Shown here piece by piece: positions 27,162-37,807 of a stretch of 64,000 bases of DNA. Both the position numbers and the translations under genes were made by a program. This stretch comes from an uncultured Asticcacaulis sp. GTDB lineage: Bacteria > Pseudomonadota > Alphaproteobacteria > Caulobacterales > Caulobacteraceae. The stretch lies in contig CBFGPQ010000002.1 of the NCBI GenBank assembly GCA_965650705.1, positions 10,823 to 74,822 of the forward strand, read 5' to 3'. Below the pieces are notes generated by a model. It did not search any database, had not been told where the DNA came from, and saw only the letters and a list, made by a program, of their open reading frames with translations. The first letter of the stretch is position 1. Every line of letters begins with the position of its first letter.

Positions 27162-29587
27162 AGTCGCAGGCGCAATTGAAAGAGGCTGCGGCCGCGCAGG
27201 TGGCTCTGGGCGAATACGTACCGTTCGGCGTCCATATCCTGCCGGACGTGATCAAGCTCAAGCGGTCCGGGGACTTCGTCGCAACCTGGGCGCTGGCCGG
27301 CATCAGCTTCGAGACGCAGGACGCGGTGGAGATCGCCGCGGCCAAGGAAGGGCTGGTCAATCTCCTGCGCAGTCTGGGGGGAGGGCAGTTTTCGCTCTGG
27401 TCGCACAAGATACGGCGCCAGGTGAAGGAACGGCTGACCGGCTACTACGGCAATGCGTTCGCTGCACGTGTAGACGCCGAATATAGCGCCTCCTTCGACC
27501 GGCACCGGCAGATGCGAACCGAGCTTTATCTGACCCTGGTCCACCGGCCGGGCGCCGGGAAGGTGCCGAACCTTTTCGGCAACCTGTTCGGTTTGAAACG
27601 GCGGAGCCTGGAAGAGATCAAGGCGGACGATCTGGAAGGGCTGGACGCGCTTTCTGACGCCGCGAAGATGGTCGAGCGGGCCCTTGAGTCTTACCGGCCG
27701 CGACGGCTTGCGACCTATTGCCGGGGCGATATCGCCTATTCGGAAATGCTGGGTCTTTACGGCTATCTGGTGAACGGAGTTTGGGAGGAGGTGCCGCTCA
27801 GGCGGGCTGGCATAGACCAGTATCTGCCCACCAGCCGCCTGCATTTCGGCGACAACAACGGCCGGCTGCAGATCGTCCACGCAAGCGGCACGCGTTTCGT
27901 GGGGTTTCTGGATATTCAGGATTACCCGAAATGGACCGAGAGCGGCATCGGCAACACGATCCTCTATGCCGACTATGAATATATTGAAACCCAGAGCTTT
28001 TCCATGCTCAACCGGCGCGATGCGCAAGGCGCGCTCGAGCAGCAGCGCGGGCAGATGCACGCCGCCGAAGATGCCTCGGAAACGGAAATTTCCGAAATCA
28101 CGGAAGCTTTGGACGACCTCGTCGCGGGCCAGATCGAGGTTGGCGAGTATCATTATTCGCTGGCCATCCTGACCGAGAGCCACGAGGCGCTGGGCCGGGC
28201 GATCTCCGACGCCCGGGCCGTGCTGCAAGACCAGGCGGGCTTCAAGATGTCGGTCGTCGACGTCGTGCCGGAAGCCGCTTGGTTTGCCCAGTTGCCGGGC
28301 AACTGGCACCTGCGGCCTCGCGAGGCGAAGCTCACCAGCCGTAATTTCGCCGGGCTGTCGCCGCTGCATAATTTCGAAAGCGGCAAGCGCGATGGCAATC
28401 CGTGGGGGGAGGCGGTGGCGCTGTTTCGCACGCCCTCGGGCCAGCCGTTCTATTTCAACTTCCACGTCTCGCCCGCGCACCGCGATGCAACGGGGGAAGC
28501 CCTGCCGGGCAACACATTCATCTGCGGCACGACGGGATCGGGCAAGACGGTGCTGCAGACGGCCCTCTTGGCGTTTGCAACCAAGTATCCGGGCCTGCGG
28601 GCGGTCTGTTTCGACAAGGACCGCGGCATGGAAATCGGCATTAGGGCGCTGGGCGGCCAGTACCGGGCGCTCGAACGCGGCCGGCCTACGGGCTTCAATC
28701 CGTTCAGGCTTGAGCCTAGCGAAGACAACATCCAGTTCTGCGAACGCCTGGTCAGGCTTCTGGCCGGCGGAGAGATCAGCGCGCGCGACGAGGCCGAAAT
28801 CTCGCACGCGGTCAGGACCGTGATGAGCCATCATATCGGACACGATGTCCGGTGCCTGTCGCTGGTCCTTCAGAACCTGTCGGGTGTTGGCGACAATACG
28901 GTGGCGGAGCGCCTGCGTAAATGGCAGCGCGGCCAGACTTTGGGCTGGGTGTTCGACAACGCCGAGGACACGCTGGATTTCCAAAAAAGCAGAATCTTCG
29001 GTTTCGACTATACCGATTTCCTGGATGATCCGGAGATCCGCACTCCGGTTATGGCTTACCTCCTCCATGTCACCGAGGCGCTCATCGACGGCCGGCCTTT
29101 CGTCTATGTGATGGAGGAGTTCTGGAAGCCGTTGATGGATCCGCACTTCAGCGAGTTCGCGCTCAACAAGCAGAAGACGATCCGCAAGCAGAACGGTTTG
29201 GGGATTTTCGTGACCCAGTCGCCGTCGGATGTCCTGACCCATGCCATCGGCCGCACCATGGTCGAACAGAGCGTGACGCAGATCTATCTGCCCAACCCGC
29301 GCGCGGACCGCGACGACTATGTCGGCGGCTTCAAGCTGACGGAGGCCGAGTTCGAGGTGATCCGCAATCTCGGCGAAACGTCGCGCACCTTCCTCGTCAA
29401 GCAAGGCCGCACAAGCGCCATCTGCCGCTTCGACCTAACCGGCATGGACGAGGTGCTGTCCATCATTTCCGGCACCACGGAAAACGTCGCCGCGCTCGAT
29501 GCCATCCGCGCCGAGGTCGGTGATGACCCCGAGCAGTGGATGCCGGCCTTTCTCAAGCAAACGGCCATAAGGAGACCTGGCATATGA
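27158..29587 (+). CDS. virB4: VirB4 ATPase
   Basis: GTTGSGKT, FDKDRG, MEEFW, KTIRKQN, TQSPSD. Confidence 0.95.
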   Translation: MKSQAQLKEAAAAQVALGEYVPFGVHILPDVIKLKRSGDFVATWALAGISFETQDAVEIAAAKEGLVNLLRSLGGGQFSLWSHKIRRQVKERLTGYYGNAFAARVDAEYSASFDRHRQMRTELYLTLVHRPGAGKVPNLFGNLFGLKRRSLEEIKADDLEGLDALSDAAKMVERALESYRPRRLATYCRGDIAYSEMLGLYGYLVNGVWEEVPLRRAGIDQYLPTSRLHFGDNNGRLQIVHASGTRFVGFLDIQDYPKWTESGIGNTILYADYEYIETQSFSMLNRRDAQGALEQQRGQMHAAEDASETEISEITEALDDLVAGQIEVGEYHYSLAILTESHEALGRAISDARAVLQDQAGFKMSVVDVVPEAAWFAQLPGNWHLRPREAKLTSRNFAGLSPLHNFESGKRDGNPWGEAVALFRTPSGQPFYFNFHVSPAHRDATGEALPGNTFICGTTGSGKTVLQTALLAFATKYPGLRAVCFDKDRGMEIGIRALGGQYRALERGRPTGFNPFRLEPSEDNIQFCERLVRLLAGGEISARDEAEISHAVRTVMSHHIGHDVRCLSLVLQNLSGVGDNTVAERLRKWQRGQTLGWVFDNAEDTLDFQKSRIFGFDYTDFLDDPEIRTPVMAYLLHVTEALIDGRPFVYVMEEFWKPLMDPHFSEFALNKQKTIRKQNGLGIFVTQSPSDVLTHAIGRTMVEQSVTQIYLPNPRADRDDYVGGFKLTEAEFEVIRNLGETSRTFLVKQGRTSAICRFDLTGMDEVLSIISGTTENVAALDAIRAEVGDDPEQWMPAFLKQTAIRRPGI

Positions 29588-29910
29588 GACCCATACTTTG
29601 TGTCTTCGCATGGGCGGCGCTTGCAGTCGCGCAACCGGCGCCGGTCATCGCGCAGAAGTCGGCGCTGGACGGTCACCAATTCGACGGCGTCACCTCTGAC
29701 GCAGCCTTGAGAACCGCGGGACGCACCCGACGAGATTGGCTGGATAAGCATCCTGTCGAAGCGAGGGAATATTGGGCGGCCTGGGACTGCAAGGGCAAAC
29801 CGTGTGACTCAAGCTGGTACGCCAACATTCGCGCCAAGGCGGCGTTAATCAAGCGCACTGATGAGGACCCAAGGCCCCGTAGTCAGACCGACAAGCCGAA
29901 GAGACGTTAG
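29584..29910 (+). CDS. Small secreted protein, possibly entry-exclusion (EexN-like)
   Basis: Signal peptide, DWLDKHP.E...C....C pattern, position next to virB6; no clear lipobox. Confidence 0.4.
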   Translation: MRPILCVFAWAALAVAQPAPVIAQKSALDGHQFDGVTSDAALRTAGRTRRDWLDKHPVEAREYWAAWDCKGKPCDSSWYANIRAKAALIKRTDEDPRPRSQTDKPKRR

Positions 29911-30894
29911 ATGGATTTCTTTCACTCTTTCGAACTCGGCATGGATGCCAAATTGTCGGACTACCTGAGCGGAACCGCCTCGGCCCTTTGCGCAATTATA
30001 GCACCCGCGGTCGCGGCAGGCGTCGTTATCTATGTCATTCTGATCGGCTATGCGGTCATCCGCGGGGAGGCGAGTGACTCGCTGCATTCGGCGATGTGGA
30101 AGGCGGTCAAATGGTCGCTGGTCGCCGCCGTGGCGCTTAGTGCCGGCGGCTTCAACACCTACATCGTCGGCAGCCTGAATGGCATGGAAGCAGCCCTGTT
30201 TATAGCGACGACCGGGACAACAGGCGGGGGCGAACTCCTCGACGACTGCCTCGCCCAGTATGTCGACCTGTTCAATAAACTTGTTCAGAACACGAAGGCA
30301 GACGGTTTGGGTGTCTTCCCGAACGTCGCCATCTGCTTCGCCATCCTCCTCATCGCCATAGCGTCGCTCGTCTTCTTCGGCCTGGCCGTGTGCGTGTTCA
30401 TGCTGGCGAAGGTCGCTCAGGTGCTGGTCATCGCGCTGGGTCCGGCCTTCATCGCGACCTTGATCTTTCCGCCTATCCAGCGTTTCGCGGATGCCTGGCT
30501 GAGTGCCGCGCTCAATACCGTCATCATCAAGGTTCTGGCGGGCATTATTCTGGCGATTAGCACGCTGTTTCTAACCAATATCGTCCAATCGGTATCCGGC
30601 TCATTCGATGAAACCGCCATCCTTATGGACTGCCTGAAGATCCTGCTGCTGTCGGTCTCGTTCGGCGCGATCTTCTGTTACCTGCCTATGCTTTCGGCCC
30701 AGTTGGTGGGCGGTGCGCCGATGCCGCATGTGACAATGCCGCGCATGTCCCGTGGCGGCGCGTCAGGTCCACAGCAGAGCCAAGCCGGCGCCCCGGCATC
30801 GGGCGGCCAGATCGCGCGCGGCCGCAATGCCCAGTCCCACACATCCGTTCCGGCCTACCGCCAGAACGTCATCCGCAACCTCAGCCGTAGATAA
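29911..30894 (+). CDS. virB6: VirB6 polytopic membrane protein
   Basis: Multiple TM helices, LGPAFIA.LIFP..QRFADAW motif. Confidence 0.85.
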   Translation: MDFFHSFELGMDAKLSDYLSGTASALCAIIAPAVAAGVVIYVILIGYAVIRGEASDSLHSAMWKAVKWSLVAAVALSAGGFNTYIVGSLNGMEAALFIATTGTTGGGELLDDCLAQYVDLFNKLVQNTKADGLGVFPNVAICFAILLIAIASLVFFGLAVCVFMLAKVAQVLVIALGPAFIATLIFPPIQRFADAWLSAALNTVIIKVLAGIILAISTLFLTNIVQSVSGSFDETAILMDCLKILLLSVSFGAIFCYLPMLSAQLVGGAPMPHVTMPRMSRGGASGPQQSQAGAPASGGQIARGRNAQSHTSVPAYRQNVIRNLSRR

Positions 30895-30903
30895 GAGATC
30901 GCC

Positions 30904-31692
30904 ATGCCCAAGCCGATCAAAGTTTCGCATAAATACGCCGTAGCCGCCATGGCGGCCTTCATCCTGGCGCTGCCGGCCGCAACAGCCAACGCCATCGGCG
31001 GGCTCGGTGATATCGTCCATGATCCCGTCAGCTACGTCCAGGCCGTGAAGCAGGTGCAGGCCTGGCAGCAGCAGTACCAGCAGATGACCCAGAGCCTGTC
31101 CCAGGCCAAGGCGACCTTCGACAAACTCAAGTCGCAGGTCGATGCCGTCACCGGAGTACGGGGCCTGGGCGACATCCTGAACAATCCCATGCTGCGCAGC
31201 ATTGTCCCGAACGACCTCGCAGCAAACCTGTCCGAACTCAACGCGTCCGGCGTCCTGTCGGGTAAGGCCCTGACCCTGCGCAACGCCTCGATGGTTTATG
31301 ACTGTGGCGACGTCGATGAAAGCGACGCCAGGGTCATCTGTCAGGCGCTGCTGAGCCAGAACGCCCAGGCAAGGGCCTTCCAGCAAGATACCCTGGCGCT
31401 CTTGAACCAGCGTACGACGCAGATCGATGCGCTGCGGGCCGAGATCAATTTGACCCAGGATCCGAAGGCGATCGCCGAGCTCCAGGCGCGCCTGCAGGCG
31501 GAACAGGCCCAGGTCGCCAACGACCAGAACAAGATCGCCGTCGCGCAGGCCATGCTCGTCGCCAATGCGCAAGCCGCCGCCCAGGCCGAGCAGGAACGCG
31601 TCAACGCCCTGATGGCGACGGACAAGGCATCGGTGCTCGATGGCTTTTCGTTCGCTTCGCTTGAATACCCGGCCACGGGGATGGAAGAGTAG
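30904..31692 (+). CDS. virB5: VirB5 minor pilin
   Basis: Signal peptide, VHDP, Q-rich helices, TGVRGLG, DPKAIAELQARL. Confidence 0.85.
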   Translation: MPKPIKVSHKYAVAAMAAFILALPAATANAIGGLGDIVHDPVSYVQAVKQVQAWQQQYQQMTQSLSQAKATFDKLKSQVDAVTGVRGLGDILNNPMLRSIVPNDLAANLSELNASGVLSGKALTLRNASMVYDCGDVDESDARVICQALLSQNAQARAFQQDTLALLNQRTTQIDALRAEINLTQDPKAIAELQARLQAEQAQVANDQNKIAVAQAMLVANAQAAAQAEQERVNALMATDKASVLDGFSFASLEYPATGMEE

Positions 31693-31695
31693 ACA

Positions 31696-32442
31696 ATGGC
31701 AAAGGACGTTGTGTCGACGGCTGAGTTGCCTGGCTATTTTGCCGGCGCCCAGGACTGGGAAGCGGACCGGCTTTCGCGGATCGAGAAAAGCGAAAGGCGC
31801 GCGTGGTACGTGGCGGGATGCTCCTGTCTCGTCACCGCAATCGCTGTGGCCGCGGTTATCGCCATGATGCCGTTGAAACGCGTGGTGCCGTTCGTCTATG
31901 CGATCGACCGCCAGACCGGCCAGCTGACCGTGATGGACGCCGCCAATCAGCGGCAGGTGATCGGCAACCAGGACCTGCTCGACAAGCATTTCGCCCAGAA
32001 CTACGTGATCTCGCGCGAGAGCTACGACTGGAAGCTGCTTCAGACCGACTATGACGATACGGTCGCCTTTTCGGCCCCGGCTGTGGCGCGGGCTTACGCC
32101 GCGCGCTTCGATGGGGCCAGCGCCGTCAACAAGGTCTGGGGGCCGAACATAGAGCGCCGCGTCCGGGTCACGTCGATCCAACTGGCGCCTGACGCCGTCG
32201 GCAAGAAGGCCGTCGTCCGCTATAACGTCCAGCAGCGAGACCTGCAGAGCAATACGCTGCAACCGCTCGAACACTACATTGCGACGATCGCCTACGAGTA
32301 TCATCCGGAACGCACCGGCAAGGAACAGGACCTGATACGCAATCCGCTCGGCTACACGGTCACTGGTTTCCGCGCTGATCCCGAGATCGGCGGCGTGCCA
32401 GGCGCGCTGGCGGGTTCGGAAGGGCAGGGGGCACAGCCATGA
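31696..32442 (+). CDS. virB8: VirB8
   Basis: Single TM, PLKRVVPF, YVISRESYD, RNPLGY.V. Confidence 0.9.
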   Translation: MAKDVVSTAELPGYFAGAQDWEADRLSRIEKSERRAWYVAGCSCLVTAIAVAAVIAMMPLKRVVPFVYAIDRQTGQLTVMDAANQRQVIGNQDLLDKHFAQNYVISRESYDWKLLQTDYDDTVAFSAPAVARAYAARFDGASAVNKVWGPNIERRVRVTSIQLAPDAVGKKAVVRYNVQQRDLQSNTLQPLEHYIATIAYEYHPERTGKEQDLIRNPLGYTVTGFRADPEIGGVPGALAGSEGQGAQP

Positions 32443-33257
32443 CACGTTGCCTCAGCTTGCTTCTGCTGCTGGCGCCCGCCATGGCATCGGCTGAACCCGT
32501 ACCCTACCGGGCCGACGCGCGGGTCCGGACTGCGGACTATGTCGCCGATGGTGTCATCCCAGTCCCCGTATCCACAGGTGTCGTGACCCGCGTCGTGCTC
32601 GAACGCGGCGAGAAAATTGTCGCCGCGGCGACAGGCGTTCCCGCGACGTGCGAGAGCGACGATCACCTTTGGTGCATCGTCGCCAATGCGGACGCCAATG
32701 AACTCTGGATCAAGCCGAAGGCGGGTGCGCGCCGCAATAATCTCGAACTGAAGACGGACCGGCGCGACTACAGCTTCGAAATGATGGTCGGCGCCACGAC
32801 GACCTACCGCATTGCGCTGCGCTATCCGGCCCCGGCCGCCACCAAGCAAGCCGCGCCCCCGGCCGGGCAAACGCGCGTCAACGCTCAGATGGACACGGCC
32901 GCGCCCATCGCGCGCAATACGGCCTATACCCTCGAAGGCAACCGCAAGGGCGCCGACATCCGGCCCGTTGCTGTCTTCGATGACGGCACCTTCACTTACT
33001 TCCGGTTTCCCGGAAATCGTGAGGTGCCGACCATCTTCGTGATCGGCTCCGATGGCGCTGAGGCACGGACGAACTTCAATATGGCCGGCGACTACGTCGT
33101 CGTGCAGCGTCTTGGCCGCAAATTCGTGTTGCGGCTCGGCAAATCGGTGGTGTCTGTCTGGAACGAAGCCTTCGATGCCGACGGTGTCGCACCTGTTGAA
33201 GGAACAACTGTGCCGGGCGTTGCACGCGTGACGGCAGGAGGCAAGGATGCAGGCTGA
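32439..33257 (+). CDS. virB9: VirB9
   Basis: DARVR..Y, NL...TDRRDYSF, FDDGTFTYFRFP, LRLGKSVV. Confidence 0.9.
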   Translation: MTRCLSLLLLLAPAMASAEPVPYRADARVRTADYVADGVIPVPVSTGVVTRVVLERGEKIVAAATGVPATCESDDHLWCIVANADANELWIKPKAGARRNNLELKTDRRDYSFEMMVGATTTYRIALRYPAPAATKQAAPPAGQTRVNAQMDTAAPIARNTAYTLEGNRKGADIRPVAVFDDGTFTYFRFPGNREVPTIFVIGSDGAEARTNFNMAGDYVVVQRLGRKFVLRLGKSVVSVWNEAFDADGVAPVEGTTVPGVARVTAGGKDAG

Positions 33258-34581
33258 CGATCCCAACGCCGCCCCGTCAAACCACGCACCCGTAGATGAC
33301 TCTGCTGCAGACCGTATTCCGAGCGTCAACGAAAGGGGGCGCCGGCGCGGCGGTCAACTTGCCCCATTCTTCGCCATGGGCGGAATCGCGCTCGTCGTCC
33401 TTATAGGCGGCCTTGCGACCTTTAATGTGCTGAAGGCAAAGCTGTCCGCGCCGAAGCCCAAGGCGGAGGCAACTCGGACGGCGGCTTCGACCGGACTTGT
33501 CCGTACCTTCGACACCGAAACGCCGCCACCCTTGCCTGGCGCTCAGGCATCGTCGTCCATGGCGGCGCGGAATGGCGCATCCTGTGCGGACGGATCTTCC
33601 GGCAACATGTTGCGCGGCCAGGATGGCGTTGTCGTGCGCAATGCCTCGGGCCACGCGGTGCGGGTGTGCGCCGATGGTCAGGTCGCCGGCGTCACACCCC
33701 CTGATCCGCCGGCAGCCCGTCCAATCCCGGTTGTGCGGAGGCAGGACGCGGCTTTTTCACCCCAGGCGCCGGAAGCGGGGCCAGCCATGCCGGAGAGAAG
33801 GCGTCCAGATGCCCCTATGATGCTCACTGGCGGCGTTTCTGGCGGTGGAGCCTCATCAGTCGGCTTTCCTGCCCCCGCCGCGTCAGGCGGCTTCCCTGGG
33901 GCCGCGGCGGACAGTCTGCTAGCCACCCAACGGTCGGGATCGCTGGAAGCGGACTTGATCCCGTCACGCACGCCTCTCGTCCAGGCCGCGCGCATGAAGG
34001 ACCTGAGCCTGCTTCTCCCAAAGGGCCGGACGATCGATTGCGGCCTGTCGATGCGGATTATCTCAAGCCTGGCGGGCCAGGCAAGCTGTGTGGTTACGCA
34101 CAACGTCTATTCGGCCAACGGCAAGGTGGTGCTGATCGAACGGGGCAGCGAGGCTGTCGGGGAATATCGCTCTGGCGTATCGATCGGCCAGAAGCGTCTG
34201 TTTGTCCTGTGGACGCGGATTCTGACGCCGGACGGCGTGGTGATCGCGCTTGATAGCCCTGGCGCCGACGAACTTGGCGCCACCGGCCTGACCGGCAGGG
34301 TCGACGATCACTGGTTCGAGCGCATCGGCTCGGCCTTCCTGTTGTCGACGATCCAGGACGTCCTACAGTACAAGATCACCGAGGCGCAGGCGCGTTCCGG
34401 GGGCTCGACCTTTGTTCTCGGCAATACGGCGCAGGCCTCCAGCCAGATGGCGGAGCGCGTGCTTGAGACGACGATAAACATTCCGCCGACCCTTTATAAG
34501 GCCCAGGGTGACCGCGCGGTTATCTACGTCGCCCGCGATCTGGATTTTAGCAATGTCTATGCGCTCCGCAGCCGGCCCTAG
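33247..34581 (+). CDS. virB10: VirB10
   Basis: TM anchor, Pro-rich linker, LIERGS..GEY, RLFVLWTRI, DELGATG, INIPPTL, VARDLDFS.VY. Confidence 0.92.
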   Translation: MQADDPNAAPSNHAPVDDSAADRIPSVNERGRRRGGQLAPFFAMGGIALVVLIGGLATFNVLKAKLSAPKPKAEATRTAASTGLVRTFDTETPPPLPGAQASSSMAARNGASCADGSSGNMLRGQDGVVVRNASGHAVRVCADGQVAGVTPPDPPAARPIPVVRRQDAAFSPQAPEAGPAMPERRRPDAPMMLTGGVSGGGASSVGFPAPAASGGFPGAAADSLLATQRSGSLEADLIPSRTPLVQAARMKDLSLLLPKGRTIDCGLSMRIISSLAGQASCVVTHNVYSANGKVVLIERGSEAVGEYRSGVSIGQKRLFVLWTRILTPDGVVIALDSPGADELGATGLTGRVDDHWFERIGSAFLLSTIQDVLQYKITEAQARSGGSTFVLGNTAQASSQMAERVLETTINIPPTLYKAQGDRAVIYVARDLDFSNVYALRSRP

Positions 34582-35659
34582 TCTCGGGCGGGATACGGCC
34601 GTGCGGGAGCTCCTGCGGCCGCTTGAGCGCTTTTTCGCGATCGAGGGCGTGACCGAGATCGTGATCAACCGTCCCGGTGAGGTGCTTTACGAGCGCGGCA
34701 CTGCCTGGATACACGAAGAGGCGCCGGATCTGACCCAGGCGCGGCTGATGGGGCTTGCTCGGGCCATCGCCACCTATTCGGACCAGGAGATTGGGCCCAG
34801 GACACCCATCCTGTCGGCGATCCTGCCTGACGGCCAGCGGGTCCAGATCGTGGCGCCCCCTGCGGTGCCCCAGGATACCCTGTCGTTCAGTATCCGGCTG
34901 CCGGGCCAGGCGATCCGGGGGCTTGCCGATTATCAGGGAGAAGGCGCGTTTGGTCGTTTCCTATGGCCTGCGTCTCGGGATCTGGCGCGGCTCCGGCCCG
35001 AACTTGACCCTGACGATGTCGATCTTATCGATGCGCTTGCCGCGCGGGACCTCGCGGGTTTCCTCGCCAGGGCCGTAAGCTACAGACGCAACATCGCCGT
35101 CGTCGGTGACACTGGCTCCGGCAAGACGACTTTTATGAAGAGCTTGTGCCAGCACATCCCGTGGGAAGAACGCATCATAACCATCGAGGATGTCCGCGAA
35201 TTGTCCCTGCCCACACACCAGAACCTGGTGCATCTGCTCTACAGCAGGGGCGGGCAGGGCGTGGCACAGGTAACGCCGGCCGATCTGATCGCGGCGTGCA
35301 TGCGCATGCGGCCGGACCGCGTCCTGCTGGCGGAACTTCGCGGCTCGGAAGCCTTCGATTTCCTAAAGCTGCTGACGACGGGCCATAGCGGCTCGATCAC
35401 CTCGTTTCACGCCGAAAGCTGCGCCCTGGCGTTCGAGCGCTATGTGCTGATGGCCAAGGAGCATGCGGACGCCGCCATCTTCGACGCCGAGGGGCTGAAG
35501 CGCTTGGTGCGGCTGACGCTCGACGTCATCGTCCATATCCGCGCCGAGCGCGGCGACGGACAGAGTAAGCGGCGATATGTCAGTGAGGTGCATTTCGATC
35601 CCGTGGCGCGGCGCCGGGACCGTTTCAATGACCAGCAAATCCTGAGGGGCGTGGCATGA
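34553..35659 (+). CDS. virB11: VirB11 ATPase
   Basis: EIVINRPGEV, GDTGSGKTT, TIEDVRE, RMRPDR..LAELR, GHSGSITSFHA. Confidence 0.93.
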   Translation: MSMRSAAGPSLGRDTAVRELLRPLERFFAIEGVTEIVINRPGEVLYERGTAWIHEEAPDLTQARLMGLARAIATYSDQEIGPRTPILSAILPDGQRVQIVAPPAVPQDTLSFSIRLPGQAIRGLADYQGEGAFGRFLWPASRDLARLRPELDPDDVDLIDALAARDLAGFLARAVSYRRNIAVVGDTGSGKTTFMKSLCQHIPWEERIITIEDVRELSLPTHQNLVHLLYSRGGQGVAQVTPADLIAACMRMRPDRVLLAELRGSEAFDFLKLLTTGHSGSITSFHAESCALAFERYVLMAKEHADAAIFDAEGLKRLVRLTLDVIVHIRAERGDGQSKRRYVSEVHFDPVARRRDRFNDQQILRGVA

Positions 35660-37650
35660 GCGGGGCGCAGAGGCCCGCGGTCGCAATCAGCGTCGCTGCC
35701 GCCTACCTCGTGGTCGCCGGCATCGTGACGCTCTGGGCGGCCGGGAACCTCTATTTCCTGATGCACCACGCCCCGCCCTTGGCCTCTCCCATCGCCTGGC
35801 TTGCCTACGCCTGGCACTACTGGAGCGATGATGAGGAACGCCGGCTGCTGCTCGTCTCCATACTCGTCCCTGCGGCGCTGGCATTGTTTCCGCTCGGCTT
35901 CGTTGTGGAGTGGCTTGGCGGCAAGGAGCCCGCACTGCACGGATCGGCGCGCTTTGCCACGACCGCCGATATCGAGAAAGCTGGCTTGCTTGGCAATAGC
36001 GGCATCATCGTGGGCAAGCTCGGCAACCGCTTCCTGCAGTTCCCGGGACAGCAGTTTTGCCTTCTGGCCGCGCCGACGCGCTCGGGCAAGGGCGTGTCGT
36101 TCGTTATTCCGAACCTGTTGAACTGGCCGGACAGCTGCGTCGTGCTCGACATCAAGCTCGAGAATTTCCTGCTGACGTCCGGCTACCGGGCACGGCACGG
36201 CCAGAAGGTGTTCCTGTTCAACCCTTATGCCGAGGATGGCCGCACCCATCGCTGGAATCCGCTCGACGGCATCAGCCGTGATCCGAACCTTAGGGTCGGC
36301 GACCTCCTGGCGTTGGGCGGCAGCCTCTATCCGGCGCATCCTGGCGACAAGGATGCCTTCTGGGCCGACAGCGCCAAGAACCTGTTCCTGGGTCTTGCGC
36401 TGATGGTCCTGGAATCGCCTGAGCTGCCGAAGACCATGGGCGAGATCCTGCGCCAATCGAGCGGGAAGGGCAGGGGGCTGAAAGAGCACCTGACGGATCG
36501 CATCAGCGCGCGCAGCGTAAGCGATGCGCCGTACTCTGCCGACTGTCTGGATGCGCTCGGCCGGTTCCTCGGCGCATCGGACAATACGCTGGCCAATATC
36601 ATCAGTTCCTTCACAGCGCCCCTGGTGATGTTCGCCAATCCGCTGGTCGATGCGGCGACAGCCGCCAGCGACTTCGATATCGCCCGGGTTCGCGATGAAC
36701 GGATGACGCTCTATATCGGTATCCAGCCGAACCGCCTGGCGGACGCGTCGCTCTTGATCAATGTGCTCTTCAGCCAGCTGATCCATGCCAATACCAAGGA
36801 ACTGCCGTCCGCGACCCGTCACAGCCTCTCATGCCTTCTGATCCTCGATGAATTTCCGGCGCTCGGCAAGATCGGCGTCATCGCGCGCGCCAACGCCTTT
36901 ATCGCCGGCTACGGCTTGCGCCTTTTGACCGTCATCCAGAGCGTCGCGCAGCTGGAGGCCGTCTATGGTCCTAACGATGCCCGCACGCTGATCACCAACC
37001 ATGCCATGCAGGTGCTGTTCACGCCGCGCGAGCAGAAGGACGCCAATGCGTTCAGCGAGATGCTGGGCACCTACACGGCAAAAAGCACGTCCAAGGGGCG
37101 ATCGACCAGCCGCGGCTTCGGCGCCGGCGGATCTGATAGCGAGACGGTGTCGGAGCAGAAACGGGCCTTGCTACTGCCGCAGGAACTGAAGGAGATGCCC
37201 GATGACGAGCAGATCATCATCCTGGAGCACACGCGCCCGATCAAAAGCCAAAAGGCCAGTTATTACTGGGAGAGCGGATTTATGGACCGGTTGAAGTCCG
37301 TCAGCGAGACCTTGCGTGACATCCAGGGCCTGCCCGGAAAGGCCGAGATCGATGCGGCGGCCTTCGGACACCGGGAACTGGCCGTCGAGGTGCCGCGCCT
37401 TGACATCGACGGCCATGTCGCGCGCGTCGAGCGCCGTCTCCGGCCGCTCAAACCCGACGAGGCGATCGATCTGTCGCGGCTCGATATCGACGTCTCGACC
37501 TTGCCGGCATTCAGCGACGCCGAAAATCCGTCCGACGCCGAAATCAACGCGTTCGTCGACCGGTTCTTCGCGCTGGGCCGGGTTGACGCCGAAGACGCCG
37601 CACCGCCCAAAACCCAAAACGTCACCGACGTCCTTGTGCTGGAGACCTAG
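35656..37650 (+). CDS. virD4: VirD4/TraG coupling protein
   Basis: HGSARFA, APTRSGKG, LDIKLEN, LDEFPALG, QSVAQL. Confidence 0.95.
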   Translation: MSGAQRPAVAISVAAAYLVVAGIVTLWAAGNLYFLMHHAPPLASPIAWLAYAWHYWSDDEERRLLLVSILVPAALALFPLGFVVEWLGGKEPALHGSARFATTADIEKAGLLGNSGIIVGKLGNRFLQFPGQQFCLLAAPTRSGKGVSFVIPNLLNWPDSCVVLDIKLENFLLTSGYRARHGQKVFLFNPYAEDGRTHRWNPLDGISRDPNLRVGDLLALGGSLYPAHPGDKDAFWADSAKNLFLGLALMVLESPELPKTMGEILRQSSGKGRGLKEHLTDRISARSVSDAPYSADCLDALGRFLGASDNTLANIISSFTAPLVMFANPLVDAATAASDFDIARVRDERMTLYIGIQPNRLADASLLINVLFSQLIHANTKELPSATRHSLSCLLILDEFPALGKIGVIARANAFIAGYGLRLLTVIQSVAQLEAVYGPNDARTLITNHAMQVLFTPREQKDANAFSEMLGTYTAKSTSKGRSTSRGFGAGGSDSETVSEQKRALLLPQELKEMPDDEQIIILEHTRPIKSQKASYYWESGFMDRLKSVSETLRDIQGLPGKAEIDAAAFGHRELAVEVPRLDIDGHVARVERRLRPLKPDEAIDLSRLDIDVSTLPAFSDAENPSDAEINAFVDRFFALGRVDAEDAAPPKTQNVTDVLVLET

Positions 37651-37800
37651 ATGAAACCCTGCTCCCTTATTTGCCTTGTCCTTCTAGGCACGGCCTTGAC
37701 GGCCTGCGCGGCCGGAGCGCCTCGTGCGCCGATCGGCCTTCACAAACAGCCTGTCAATGTGCCTCCTGCCACCGGCGGCGCGCAGCACCAGACGAAGTGA
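37651..37800 (+). CDS. 49-aa lipoprotein, VirB7-like (absent from ORF track)
   Basis: MKPCSLICLVLLGTALTA|CAAGAPRAPIGLHKQPVNVPP...; LTAC lipobox, PVN motif, GGAG RBS, ATG directly after the virD4 stop. Confidence 0.7.
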   Translation: MKPCSLICLVLLGTALTACAAGAPRAPIGLHKQPVNVPPATGGAQHQTK

Positions 37801-37807
37801 TATTCCC

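Noticed and set aside
27125-29404. 759-aa antisense ORF over virB4 (and similar ones at 30763-32445, 35440-36822, 15165-16433)
   Set aside because: Shadow ORFs expected from high-GC codon usage; no domain signatures
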